A stretch of DNA of 43,992 nt, from positions 1 to 43,992 of IMG/VR virus record IMGVR_UViG_3300013458_000001. The stretch is one strand, 5' to 3'. This document shows positions 1 through 7,911 of this stretch, piece by piece. The notes under the pieces are model-generated. The model worked only from the letters and a program-made list of their open reading frames with translations, was not told where the DNA came from and searched no databases. Within the stretch, counting starts at the first letter, position 1, and each line of letters begins with the position of its first letter. The stretch comes from a virus. Position numbers and translations under genes: made by a program.

Positions 1-127
1 AAAGCGTAAGAAGGAGAAGATGAAGAATGGTAAAGATTAAAAAGAAAGTTGAAATGACATTGCCAGAATTGATTGAGTGGGTTTGGAAGAATGGTGTTAA
101 AGAAAAAGCGTTTTATAGCAATATTGA
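1..127. repeat. Terminal overlap, identical to 43866-43992 (circular closure of a 43,865-bp unit)
   Basis: Direct comparison: aaagcgtaagaaggagaagatgaag...tagcaatattga occurs at both ends. It lies inside coding sequence (end of the DUF1064 gene and start of ORF 27-452). Confidence 0.95.
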
Positions 128-452
128 CGGAGGTTCTGTGTATTTTGACATGGTGCAAACAGTGTCTGTAGAGCATTCAATTGGTAAAGATGAAACGTTC
201 ACAGTAGAAATCGAAGAAGAAGTTACGGAAGAAACAAAGATAGCTAAATTAGTAGCTGTCAATAGAAGTACTCAAAATGAAGTTGATATAAATTTCAATT
301 GCAGTATCGGACAGTTAATAGATAGAAGTGAGTATAACTATTATATCTTAAATGACGACAGTACTCTCACACTCATTTGGAAAGATGGCGAATTGGTAGG
401 TGATGAGCAATGGCTAACAGAGAAGAAACAGTCACAGTCGAAGCAACAATGA
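27..452 (+). CDS. Hypothetical early protein (141 aa)
   Basis: ORF track. The start overlaps the stop of the DUF1064 gene once the genome is circularised. No motif recognised. Confidence 0.7.
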   Translation: MVKIKKKVEMTLPELIEWVWKNGVKEKAFYSNIDGGSVYFDMVQTVSVEHSIGKDETFTVEIEEEVTEETKIAKLVAVNRSTQNEVDINFNCSIGQLIDRSEYNYYILNDDSTLTLIWKDGELVGDEQWLTEKKQSQSKQQ

Positions 453-601
453 AAGTTAGATGTAAGTATCCAGTTTGGGTAAATAATCAAATTACTGCAA
501 GTGATGAAAAGGAACGCATTTTAGATTTAATCAGTAAGAACCCTGAAAAAGAGTTAATGAGCGAAGATTTTGAACTAGTTGAATTAATAGAGGTGGAATA
601 A
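410..601 (+). CDS. Hypothetical small protein (63 aa)
   Basis: ORF track. Weak SD (aggtga) upstream. It fills the gap between flanking genes in the same orientation. Confidence 0.55.
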   Translation: MANREETVTVEATMKVRCKYPVWVNNQITASDEKERILDLISKNPEKELMSEDFELVELIEVE

Positions 602-961
602 ATGGAAGCGACAAAAATGAGAGTTAAAAATAAATACTTCTCTATTACACCAGATGTAGTAGAGAAAATGAAAGAAGCAGATATCAATCCTGATATCTTA
701 AGACAAAGATTAGCTTCTGGTTGGAAGTTTGAAGATGCAATAGAAGCACCTATTGGAGTAAGACGTAGTGAATGGGATAGTTTAAAACCTAAAGAGGACG
801 AAATTGCTAGTTATAAAGAGAGAATGGAGCAACGCAGATTACAAGAGTTGAAACGTAAGAAACCACATTTATTCACAGTACCTCAAAAACACCCTAGTGG
901 TGAGTGGTGTAAACATCTTATGGAGAATGACATCTTCCCTAGAAAGGTGGTTAGATCATGA
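602..961 (+). CDS. Hypothetical protein (119 aa)
   Basis: ORF track. The start abuts the upstream stop, and the ATGA stop/start overlaps the next gene. Confidence 0.7.
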   Translation: MEATKMRVKNKYFSITPDVVEKMKEADINPDILRQRLASGWKFEDAIEAPIGVRRSEWDSLKPKEDEIASYKERMEQRRLQELKRKKPHLFTVPQKHPSGEWCKHLMENDIFPRKVVRS

Positions 962-1401
962 GTGTTGGAGATTTAAGCGAAGGCGACATAATTAGAATGT
1001 ATGAACTTAATGGTGTGGAGGTTACAGCAAAGGTTAAAGATGTTTATCATTTAGTCCATTCAAGTCTTGGTATTGATGAATGGGTTGCTGATGTAAAAGC
1101 AATTGACAGGAGGACTTGGACTATTGATGATAATTACGTTTTTTACTCATTACCTGATGAAAATGAAGAAATCAAAAAGACGTTAGATGACAAGGTTAGC
1201 CACCCAACACATTATACGTATGGAGATATAGAAGTTATAGACTTCATAGAGCAGGTTACTAAAGATTACAAACCAGAGTTAGCATTTGCGATTGGTAACG
1301 CAATCAAGTATATAAGTCGAGCTAATCGTAAGAACGGTAAAGAAGATTTAGACAAGGCGCGTTGGTATCTAAACAGAGCATTTGAGAAGTGGGAGGGCTA
1401 A
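958..1401 (+). CDS. DUF3310-like phage protein (147 aa)
   Basis: The C-terminal segment HPTHYTYGDIEVIDFIE...AIGNAIKYISRANRKNGKEDLDKARWYL resembles the DUF3310 signature. Recognised by eye only. Confidence 0.7.
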   Translation: MSVGDLSEGDIIRMYELNGVEVTAKVKDVYHLVHSSLGIDEWVADVKAIDRRTWTIDDNYVFYSLPDENEEIKKTLDDKVSHPTHYTYGDIEVIDFIEQVTKDYKPELAFAIGNAIKYISRANRKNGKEDLDKARWYLNRAFEKWEG

Positions 1402-1403
1402 TT

Positions 1404-2084
1404 ATGGCGTACATGTACGAACCATTCACTCACACAGTGACTAAGACAGAACTATCTCATCTGCACAACATTACAGGTATTCCTCTCAATACACTGTGGT
1501 ACCAAAAAGAGCGTGGCACATATAACGATAAGTTGAAGTGTTTCTTCACCGACACTATGCCGAGAGTGAATAAGAAACAGGCGTTTAACGAAAGAGTTTT
1601 AGCAAAAGATGAAATTTGGAAGTATAGCGACAAGTATGATCTATACGTAAGTAACTTAGGCAGAATGAAAAGACCTGATGGAAAATACAAGTTTGCGAAT
1701 GGATGTAACGGTATTTCTACAGTTATTTATAAGAATAAGAAGTATCGTGCAGCAGATATTGTATATGAAACATTTATCGGTAATTTGAGAAATGGATTAC
1801 ATGCATATCCGAAAGATAGTAAGTACAACAACCTTACGGCAGATAACCTATTTCAATCTACATTGCAAAAATATAGAGTGTATCGCAGAAATAAAGGTGT
1901 ATCTAAGCCAGTATATCTTGTCGATAATAACAACCAGATTGTCGAAGAATTCGCAAGTACAGTAGAAGCTCAAAAATTATTATTCATAGATAGACGCAAC
2001 ATCGCAAGAAAGTGTAACCGTAAACACGTAAGTGACGGATTGATGTATATGTGGGCAGACGAATATGAGGAATTGAACGCATGA
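1404..2084 (+). CDS. Free-standing HNH homing-endonuclease-like protein (NUMOD4-like + HNH_3-like + C-terminal DNA-binding module)
   Basis: Motifs: EIWKYSDKYDLYVSNLGRMKR (NUMOD4-like); LHAYPKDSKYNNLTADNL (HNH_3-like H...NN...N); C-terminal KPVYLVDNNNQIVEEFASTVEAQKLL. ATG at 1404 follows the SD gggagg. The track ORF begins at 1389. Confidence 0.7.
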   Translation: MAYMYEPFTHTVTKTELSHLHNITGIPLNTLWYQKERGTYNDKLKCFFTDTMPRVNKKQAFNERVLAKDEIWKYSDKYDLYVSNLGRMKRPDGKYKFANGCNGISTVIYKNKKYRAADIVYETFIGNLRNGLHAYPKDSKYNNLTADNLFQSTLQKYRVYRRNKGVSKPVYLVDNNNQIVEEFASTVEAQKLLFIDRRNIARKCNRKHVSDGLMYMWADEYEELNA

Positions 2085-2266
2085 TACTATCCGACACAAT
2101 CAACCAAAGATTAAGATACAACACACAAGATAAGACGCCTACAGAGATACAACAGGAATTACGCAAGTTAGGTGTCAAGGGATTTGTGGTTAAGGTAGCA
2201 GGAAACAGAGTGACGATGAAAGTAGAAAAAGAAAATATAAGAAAGAATAGGGAGTGTTTACAATAG
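2081..2266 (+). CDS. Hypothetical small protein (61 aa)
   Basis: ORF track, with an ATGA overlap with the upstream gene. Confidence 0.55.
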   Translation: MILSDTINQRLRYNTQDKTPTEIQQELRKLGVKGFVVKVAGNRVTMKVEKENIRKNRECLQ

Positions 2267-2612
2267 ACATCAACAACCTATACACCTACAAAGCGACATG
2301 CACCAATGTAGTAGACGGAGACACTTTGGATATCTTACTGGACTGTGGCTTTGATACCTACGCTAAACGTCGTGTACGTTTACTAGGTGTCGATACGCCA
2401 GAGAGAGAGGACAAGAGAATTATAAAGAGGCAACAGCATTAACTAGATCATGTGTAGAAAACAAAGATATATACGTTCAGACGTACAAGAGTGATGTATT
2501 TGGCAGATACCTAGCTAATGTATGGTATGAGAACGGTAAATATTGCTTAAACGATGAGTTAAGAAATGCAGGATTATTGAAACCAAAATCGAAATGGAAT
2601 GAGGACGAGTAA
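2254..2612 (+). pseudogene. Staphylococcal-nuclease (SNase/thermonuclease)-like gene interrupted by a frameshift in a (GA)n run
   Basis: Frame 1 gives ...VVDGDTLD...RVRLLGVDTPERED and stops at 2442. The -1 frame is open from 2367 and reads ERGQENYKEATALTRSCVENKDIYVQTYKSDVFGRYLANVWYENGKYCLNDELRNAGLL, stopping at 2612. The join lies in gagagagagg at 2401-2410. Confidence 0.75.
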
Positions 2613-2906
2613 ATGGCAGAAGTTAAGTTATCTATGGAAGAATATCACAATGTTGTTAAGAGTTTGAATACTTTATTGGAAAAACTCTATGAGATGACAA
2701 AAAAATGTAATGATTATAAACGCCAACGTGATGAACTCACCAATGATATGGCAGAAGTGAAAAGGAAGGCGGAGGCGTTTGACTTAATTAGTAACTCTTA
2801 CACAACTGAAATAGAACAAGCTATAAAAAACAAAGAGTTAAATCAATGCTTATTCTTATTAGATCAAATATTGGATGATTTGGAGGCTAAACATGAAGGA
2901 CAATAA
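2613..2906 (+). CDS. Hypothetical coiled-coil protein (97 aa)
   Basis: ORF track. ATG immediately follows the upstream stop. Confidence 0.65.
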   Translation: MAEVKLSMEEYHNVVKSLNTLLEKLYEMTKKCNDYKRQRDELTNDMAEVKRKAEAFDLISNSYTTEIEQAIKNKELNQCLFLLDQILDDLEAKHEGQ

Positions 2907-3114
2907 GTGGACAACACTAAAAGACGAATTGACGCAAAAGTATATTAAACTTCGTGGCAAAAACAATAAAATTTCAAACGATTTACCAACTGTTGAGATA
3001 GCAAATATATTGGTTGGCAGGAAAGTTTTAAAACAACAATTACAACGCATGGACGAACTCGACGGGACACATGAGTTTCAAAATTTATTAAGTGATTTGG
3101 AGCGTGGGGAATAA
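2893..3114 (+). CDS. Hypothetical protein (73 aa)
   Basis: ATG at 2893 is preceded by the SD ggagg. The track ORF starts at 2875. Confidence 0.6.
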   Translation: MKDNKWTTLKDELTQKYIKLRGKNNKISNDLPTVEIANILVGRKVLKQQLQRMDELDGTHEFQNLLSDLERGE

Positions 3115-3275
3115 TGAAAAAATTTAACGTTGAAATTGTATATACAGGTATGCTTAATGAAACCGTTGAGGCTGAAAGTGTAGAAGAAGCTGAATTTGAA
3201 GCTCGAGATATCGCGGCGATGGAACTGTCAGTGGATATTGATGAATACACTATATCAGTACAGGAGGACGAGTAA
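3114..3275 (+). CDS. Hypothetical acidic protein (53 aa, below ORF-track cutoff)
   Basis: Hand translation gives MKKFNVEIVYTGMLNETVEAESVEEAEFEARDIAAMELSVDIDEYTISVQEDE. It has a taATG overlap upstream and its stop abuts the dut ATG. Confidence 0.55.
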   Translation: MKKFNVEIVYTGMLNETVEAESVEEAEFEARDIAAMELSVDIDEYTISVQEDE

Positions 3276-3701
3276 ATGACAAATACATTAGAAATTAAAT
3301 TATTATCAGAAAACGCGACTATGCCTAAGAGAGCAAATTCTACAGATAGCGGATTAGATTTGTATGTATCAGAAACAACAACAATCAAAGCAGGAGAAAC
3401 AAAAGCAGTTAAAACAGACGTGGCTATTAATTTACCTCACGGATATGAGGCGCAAGTGAGACCTAGATCAGGTAAGTCGCTTAAAACAAAGTTACGTGTA
3501 GCATTAGGAACAATAGACCAAACATACAATAAAGAAATCGGTATTATCACAGATAATATAGGTAATGATGATATCACAGTAGAAAAAGGAGAAAGACTAG
3601 CACAGTTAGTTGTAGCACCAGTTGTATATCCTACACCCAAGCAGGTTGATTGGTTTGAAAAAGAAAGTGACAGAGGCGCATATGGAAGCACAGGAGAATA
3701 A
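3276..3701 (+). CDS. dut: Trimeric dUTP pyrophosphatase (short form, 141 aa)
   Basis: Motifs DSGLDLY, RPRSG, GTIDQTYNKEIGII, ERLAQLV, and C-terminal RGAYGSTGE. Confidence 0.9.
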   Translation: MTNTLEIKLLSENATMPKRANSTDSGLDLYVSETTTIKAGETKAVKTDVAINLPHGYEAQVRPRSGKSLKTKLRVALGTIDQTYNKEIGIITDNIGNDDITVEKGERLAQLVVAPVVYPTPKQVDWFEKESDRGAYGSTGE

Positions 3702-3737
3702 AGATATATTAGAAAAAGTAAAAGAGGTGCTGGGAAA

Positions 3738-3971
3738 GTGAAATTATTAAGTTTAATTGCAATCGGTTTTTTGACAGTGCTTCTAGGTTGGTTTATTGAA
3801 TGTAAATTTAAGACCAAATTTTTAAATGCAATTAGTGAACTCGCAGGGGTGTTTTTGATTGTCGTGGTATTACTAATCGGACATCATTCCGATAACTCAT
3901 TGACAGCAACTGTTATGATACTTGCATTATTCTTATCGATTATAAAAAAACATGTGATTAATAAGGAGTGA
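3738..3971 (+). CDS. Small membrane protein (77 aa, two or three predicted TM segments)
   Basis: ORF track (GTG start). Hydrophobic stretches LLSLIAIGFLTVLLGWF, AGVFLIVVVLLIG, VMILALFLSII. Confidence 0.6.
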   Translation: MKLLSLIAIGFLTVLLGWFIECKFKTKFLNAISELAGVFLIVVVLLIGHHSDNSLTATVMILALFLSIIKKHVINKE

Positions 3972-3980
3972 TACCATAAA

Positions 3981-4232
3981 ATGCCATTAGATAAAACAAG
4001 AGTGTTAATGATGAACGGTATTTATAAAGTTGATGGAAAAGATAATAATGATGAATTCATTCAATATAATGATTTCCTTAAGCATAAAACTTTCTTTCAA
4101 TGTCCTAAATGCAAAAGTTTAAATGTAGAGGTTGATAATTTATTTGTTGAAAAAATTGCATTTAATAATACTAAACGATGCTTAGACTGCGGTTATTTAG
4201 TTGTATCTGATTTTCAAGGAGGAGAAGAATGA
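3981..4232 (+). CDS. Zinc-ribbon protein (83 aa)
   Basis: CPKC...x...CLDC pair of CxxC motifs. SD aaggag upstream. Confidence 0.65.
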   Translation: MPLDKTRVLMMNGIYKVDGKDNNDEFIQYNDFLKHKTFFQCPKCKSLNVEVDNLFVEKIAFNNTKRCLDCGYLVVSDFQGGEE

Positions 4233-4399
4233 TCAAACACATTTCGAAACTAATATTCATGTTGGCGATGTACGAGTTAGGTAAATGGATTGGTAGAGAG
4301 TTGTATTTTATGATTACTGCAAACGATGAGGTGGAAGTGCCTAAGGACTTCGACGAGAATGACCACGCTCATTTAAATGGCATATACGGAGGTTATTAA
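4229..4399 (+). CDS. Hypothetical small protein (56 aa, below track cutoff)
   Basis: Hand translation gives MIKHISKLIFMLAMYELGKWIGRELYFMITANDEVEVPKDFDENDHAHLNGIYGGY. ATGA overlap upstream. Confidence 0.5.
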   Translation: MIKHISKLIFMLAMYELGKWIGRELYFMITANDEVEVPKDFDENDHAHLNGIYGGY

Positions 4400-4400
4400 A

Positions 4401-4805
4401 GTGATTTGGATAAGTTTTTTATCGGTAACAATTGTGTTAGTACTGTGTATTTTTGCTATATATAAGTGGATTAAAGCAGAGAAAAGAGTTAATGAGTTAC
4501 AGGAAGATAAACATGGATTGCAATTAGATAAGTTACATTTAGAAAGAGAGGTATCTTGGTTGAAAAATAGGGATAATAACGAACAAGGCACTTATGTTGT
4601 CGAGGTTAATAAAGATATATTTTTAAAGAAAATGTATATACCACACCATATCAAAATAGCCGACCATTCCAATGGTATCTATTTTACATTTGTAGGATTA
4701 GAGCAAGCTAGTATTTTCCGTAGCTTATCAGAGGCAAAAGCACATGCTACAAAAAGTGGAGGACAAGTACTACAACACAAACCTAATTTAGAGGTGGTTG
4801 AATAG
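4401..4805 (+). CDS. N-terminally membrane-anchored hypothetical protein (134 aa)
   Basis: GTG at 4401 lies 8 nt after the SD ggagg. The track ORF starts at ATG 4377, inside the previous gene. N-terminal TM segment IWISFLSVTIVLVLCIFAIY. Confidence 0.6.
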   Translation: MIWISFLSVTIVLVLCIFAIYKWIKAEKRVNELQEDKHGLQLDKLHLEREVSWLKNRDNNEQGTYVVEVNKDIFLKKMYIPHHIKIADHSNGIYFTFVGLEQASIFRSLSEAKAHATKSGGQVLQHKPNLEVVE

Positions 4806-5204
4806 ATGGAATTATATGAATACCTCAAACAAATCCGACTGAAAAAAGGTATAAAAACTAGAGAATTATCAAAGAATATCGGATATAGTCATGGACACAT
4901 AAGTAGCTTTGAACATGGAAACAAAACGGTGTCCTTAAAATTTATAAGTGGGTACATCAAAGGTGTCAGTAATAACGAAGTTGATTACGAGACGTTAAAA
5001 ACCAAAATATCAGAAACTTATAAAGTAGAAATAAATAATAACTCTAATTCAGAATACACAAACAAAAGTATAAAACCAATTTCGTTAACAGAAATGTTTG
5101 AAAAAGAATATGAATTGGACGGAAAAAATCTATCTTTAGAAGAAATGAAAATGATGATTGCACTTGTGAGAAGTTACAGGAATATGAACGGAAGTGGTGA
5201 GTGA
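4806..5204 (+). CDS. XRE-family HTH protein (132 aa)
   Basis: The N-terminus LKQIRLKKGIKTRELSKNIGYSHGHISSFEHG is HTH_3-like. Confidence 0.7.
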   Translation: MELYEYLKQIRLKKGIKTRELSKNIGYSHGHISSFEHGNKTVSLKFISGYIKGVSNNEVDYETLKTKISETYKVEINNNSNSEYTNKSIKPISLTEMFEKEYELDGKNLSLEEMKMMIALVRSYRNMNGSGE

Positions 5205-5348
5205 ATGATTTGGGGAGTTATAGCAATTATTATATTGGTGTTGCTTCTGTTTGGCTCATTGCTTGAACAGAATGATCTAAAACATCAGTTAGAAGTGAAA
5301 GAGTATGAAGTTAAAAGACTTAAAGATAAGTTGGAGAATGGAGGGTAA
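5205..5348 (+). CDS. Small TM + coiled-coil protein (47 aa, below track cutoff)
   Basis: Hand translation gives MIWGVIAIIILVLLLFGSLLEQNDLKHQLEVKEYEVKRLKDKLENGG. The start abuts the upstream stop. Confidence 0.5.
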   Translation: MIWGVIAIIILVLLLFGSLLEQNDLKHQLEVKEYEVKRLKDKLENGG

Positions 5349-5350
5349 GT

Positions 5351-5767
5351 ATGATAACGATTGAACGACACGATATAAAGAAACTAGAAGATTATATCAA
5401 GAACATAGAACGCTATAGACGAGAGTTAAAAGTAAGAGAGTATGAATTGTTAGAGAACCACGAACCCGAAAATGTAGGTGCAGGTAAAAGTAATATACCA
5501 GGTAATCCTATTGAGAGAGAATCAATTAAGAAGTTAAGTGACAATCGTTATAACAACTTACGTAATATTGTAAAAGGTGTAGATAAGCTTATATATGAAT
5601 CAGATGAAGATACACAAGACTTAATGCGTTTGAGATATTGGGAGTGTCCGATAGGTTGTAGTGAGTGGGAGGATATAGCTGACTACTTCGGAACAAGTAA
5701 GACGAGTATATTAAGACGACGTGACGCGATGATAAATAGATTGGCAGAATTCATAGGTTATGTGTAA
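5351..5767 (+). CDS. Late-gene transcriptional activator, RinA/ArpU-like (138 aa)
   Basis: It is the last gene before terS. The C-terminal sigma-region-4-like HTH is WEDIADYFGTSKTSILRRRDAMINRLAEFIG. Size and architecture match RinA-family regulators. Confidence 0.7.
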   Translation: MITIERHDIKKLEDYIKNIERYRRELKVREYELLENHEPENVGAGKSNIPGNPIERESIKKLSDNRYNNLRNIVKGVDKLIYESDEDTQDLMRLRYWECPIGCSEWEDIADYFGTSKTSILRRRDAMINRLAEFIGYV

Positions 5768-5939
5768 GGTGGACTTTTGAAGTGTGTAAGTCCGTTTATA
5801 ATCGGTGTATTATGATATTGTAAGAATTACCTCACAAGACATAGTGTTTATCCTTTCGCACTATGGTGGGGTATTCAATATCGAAGTGATTGGATAAGTG
5901 TTTATCTTCTTTAACTAGACGTTGCGCATCCGATTGCTT

Positions 5940-5971
5940 AACTATCCGTCAGAGTGGCGGGTAGTTTTATT
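5940..5971 (+). promoter_or_regulatory. Stem-loop (9 bp), paralogous to the 6044 terminator hairpin
   Basis: aactatccg-tcagagtgg-cgggtagtt followed by ttatt. It shares tatccgt.aga...cgggta with 6044-6069, and the outer pairs are swapped (aact/agtt versus agtt/aact). Confidence 0.6.
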
Positions 5972-6043
5972 GAATCTTACAACACGGCTTCTGATACGAT
6001 GATATGAATACTTGACATGTAATTTTTCCTCTCCCCTTAATTA

Positions 6044-6079
6044 GTTATCCGTGAGAACACACGGGTAACTTATTTTTTA
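6044..6079 (+). terminator. Intrinsic terminator 1 in the late leader
   Basis: gttatccgtg-agaaca-cacgggtaac (10 bp including one G-U) followed by ttatttttta. Confidence 0.75.
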
Positions 6080-6087
6080 TGTATTGA

Positions 6088-6108
6088 TGTGACATAGAGG
6101 TGTGACAT
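6088..6108 (+). repeat. Direct repeat tgtgacat x2 (13-bp phase), candidate activator box
   Basis: tgtgacat at 6088-6095 and at 6101-6108. Confidence 0.5.
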
Positions 6109-6148
6109 GAGTGCATAAACTCAAATAAATAACAAAACATAATCATTA

Positions 6149-6176
6149 GGCACTGTTTACGCAGTGTCTTTTTTAT
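6149..6176 (+). terminator. Intrinsic terminator 2, 47 nt upstream of the terS ATG
   Basis: ggcactg-tttacg-cagtgtc followed by ttttttat. Confidence 0.75.
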
Positions 6177-6222
6177 ACGTCAAACAAAGGTGTTTAACCG
6201 TGAGAGTAGGTGGTAATATACG

Positions 6223-6657
6223 ATGACGAAACTGAACCTTAAACAACAAACATTTGTTGATGAGTACATTAAGACAGGTACTGCTTATCAATCGGCAATC
6301 AAGGCTGGTTATAGTGAGAAATACGCAAAATCAAGTAGTCATAAATTGTTGGAAAATGTGGGAATAAAAGCAGAAATAGACAAACGAATGGAAAAACTAA
6401 AAAAAGATGCAATTGCAGACCAAGACGAAATACTTCAATATCTTACTTCTGTATTACGTGGAGAGGTAACAGACCAAGAACTCATACCGATTGGAATTGG
6501 TAGAGGAGAAATGGAAGTAGAGTCTTTGGAAAAACGATCAGATACTAACGCTAGAACGAAAGCTGCAGAATTATTAGGCAAACGATATATGATGTGGACA
6601 GACAAGCAACAAATCGAAACAACTGCGACGGTACAGTTCAATGACGATATCGATTAA
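6223..6657 (+). CDS. terS: Terminase small subunit (Terminase_2-type)
   Basis: The N-terminus LKQQTFVDEYIKTGTAYQSAIKAGYSEKYAKSSSHKLL is typical of Terminase_2 TerS. SD aggtgg. Located directly upstream of terL. Confidence 0.85.
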   Translation: MTKLNLKQQTFVDEYIKTGTAYQSAIKAGYSEKYAKSSSHKLLENVGIKAEIDKRMEKLKKDAIADQDEILQYLTSVLRGEVTDQELIPIGIGRGEMEVESLEKRSDTNARTKAAELLGKRYMMWTDKQQIETTATVQFNDDID

Positions 6658-7906
6658 TCTATCCGAACTGTTACCTAAACACTTTCATGGACTGTGGAAA
6701 GCTACTAAGGACAAAGAAAAACTTAACATAGTAGCTAAAGGTGGACGTGGTAGTGGTAAGTCCTCTGATATATCTATCATCATTACACAGTTAATCATGC
6801 GCTATCCTATGAATGCAGTTGTAGTACGTAAGACGGATAATACATTAGCTACATCAGTATTTGAACAAATCAAGTGGGCGATAGAAGAACAAAAGGTGTC
6901 ACACCTGTTCAAAGTTAAAGTGTCGCCAATGGAAATCACATATGTACCTAGAGGGAATCGGATTATCTTTAGAGGGGCACAGAACCCTGAACGATTAAAG
7001 TCGTTAAAAGATAGTCGGTTCCCTTTTTCTATCATGTGGATAGAGGAGTTAGCAGAGTTCAAGACAGAAGATGAAGTTACGACAATTACTAACTCTATGC
7101 TACGTGGAGAACTAGACGACGGATTGTTCTACAAGTTTTTCTTTAGTTATAACCCGCCTAAGAGAAAACAATCGTGGGTTAATAAAAAATACGAAACCTC
7201 ATTCCAACCAGATAACACATTCGTACATCATTCAACGTACTTAGATAACCCTTTTATCTCTAAGCAATTTATACAAGAGGCAGAGAGTGCGAAAGAACGT
7301 AACGAACAACGTTATCGTTGGGAATATATGGGCGAAGCCATTGGTAGTGGCGTTGTACCGTTTAATAACTTACAAATAGAAACGATACCCCAAGAAATGA
7401 TTGACGGTTTTGACAACATAAGGAATGGCCTTGACTTTGGATATGCTGACGATCCGTTAGCGTTTGTCCGTTGGCATTATGATAAAAAGAAACGGGTTAT
7501 TTACGCTATCGATGAATATTACGGTGTTCAGATTAGTAATAGGCAATATGCAAACGAAATGTGGAAAAGAAAATATCAGTCAGACGACATTTACGCTGAC
7601 CATGCCGAACCTAAATCAATAGCTGAATTAAAGCGAGAACATGGCATGAAAAAAGTAAGACCGGTTAAAAAAGGGCCTGATAGCAGAGAATATGGTGAAC
7701 AATGGTTATCTGATTTAGAAGCTATCATAATAGATCCAAAACGTACACCGAATATCGCAAGAGAATTTGAAAACATAGATTATCAAACTGATAAAGATGG
7801 AGATATTATTCCTAAATTAGAAGATAAAAACGACCATACAATTGACGCCACTAGATACGCCCTAGAGCGTGACATGAGGCAGAATAAACTTAGCATACTT
7901 ACGTAA
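6641..7906 (+). CDS. terL: Terminase large subunit (PBSX/Terminase_3-like, headful type)
   Basis: Walker A GGRGSGKS, 421 aa, overlaps the end of terS. Confidence 0.9.
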   Translation: MTISINLSELLPKHFHGLWKATKDKEKLNIVAKGGRGSGKSSDISIIITQLIMRYPMNAVVVRKTDNTLATSVFEQIKWAIEEQKVSHLFKVKVSPMEITYVPRGNRIIFRGAQNPERLKSLKDSRFPFSIMWIEELAEFKTEDEVTTITNSMLRGELDDGLFYKFFFSYNPPKRKQSWVNKKYETSFQPDNTFVHHSTYLDNPFISKQFIQEAESAKERNEQRYRWEYMGEAIGSGVVPFNNLQIETIPQEMIDGFDNIRNGLDFGYADDPLAFVRWHYDKKKRVIYAIDEYYGVQISNRQYANEMWKRKYQSDDIYADHAEPKSIAELKREHGMKKVRPVKKGPDSREYGEQWLSDLEAIIIDPKRTPNIAREFENIDYQTDKDGDIIPKLEDKNDHTIDATRYALERDMRQNKLSILT

Positions 7907-7911
7907 ACGAG

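Larger units (their letters stand above)
5768..6222 (+). promoter_or_regulatory. 455-bp ORF-free structured leader between the late activator gene and terS
   Basis: No ORF of 60 aa or more on either strand. Hairpins at 5771-5793, 5840-5865, 5940-5966, 6044-6069 and 6149-6168. Direct repeats tgtgacat at 6088 and 6101. Confidence 0.7.

Noticed and set aside
1-127. Terminal repeat considered as a cos site or a physical direct terminal repeat.
   Set aside because: It falls within coding sequence, and the terminase type suggests headful packaging. Assembly overlap is the simpler explanation.
2945-3817. Two long - strand ORFs (2945-3388, 147 aa; 3437-3817, 126 aa) opposite the small early genes and dut.
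   Set aside because: They overlap a dUTPase with all catalytic motifs and tightly coupled + strand genes. Their translations are Ser/Ile/Val-rich with no motifs or SD sequences.
6012-6041. Perfect TTGACA at 6012-6017; considered as the late promoter -35 element.
   Set aside because: No acceptable -10 element lies at 16-19 nt (ccttaa or cttaat), and terminator 1 would follow immediately. It is kept only as context in the leader finding.
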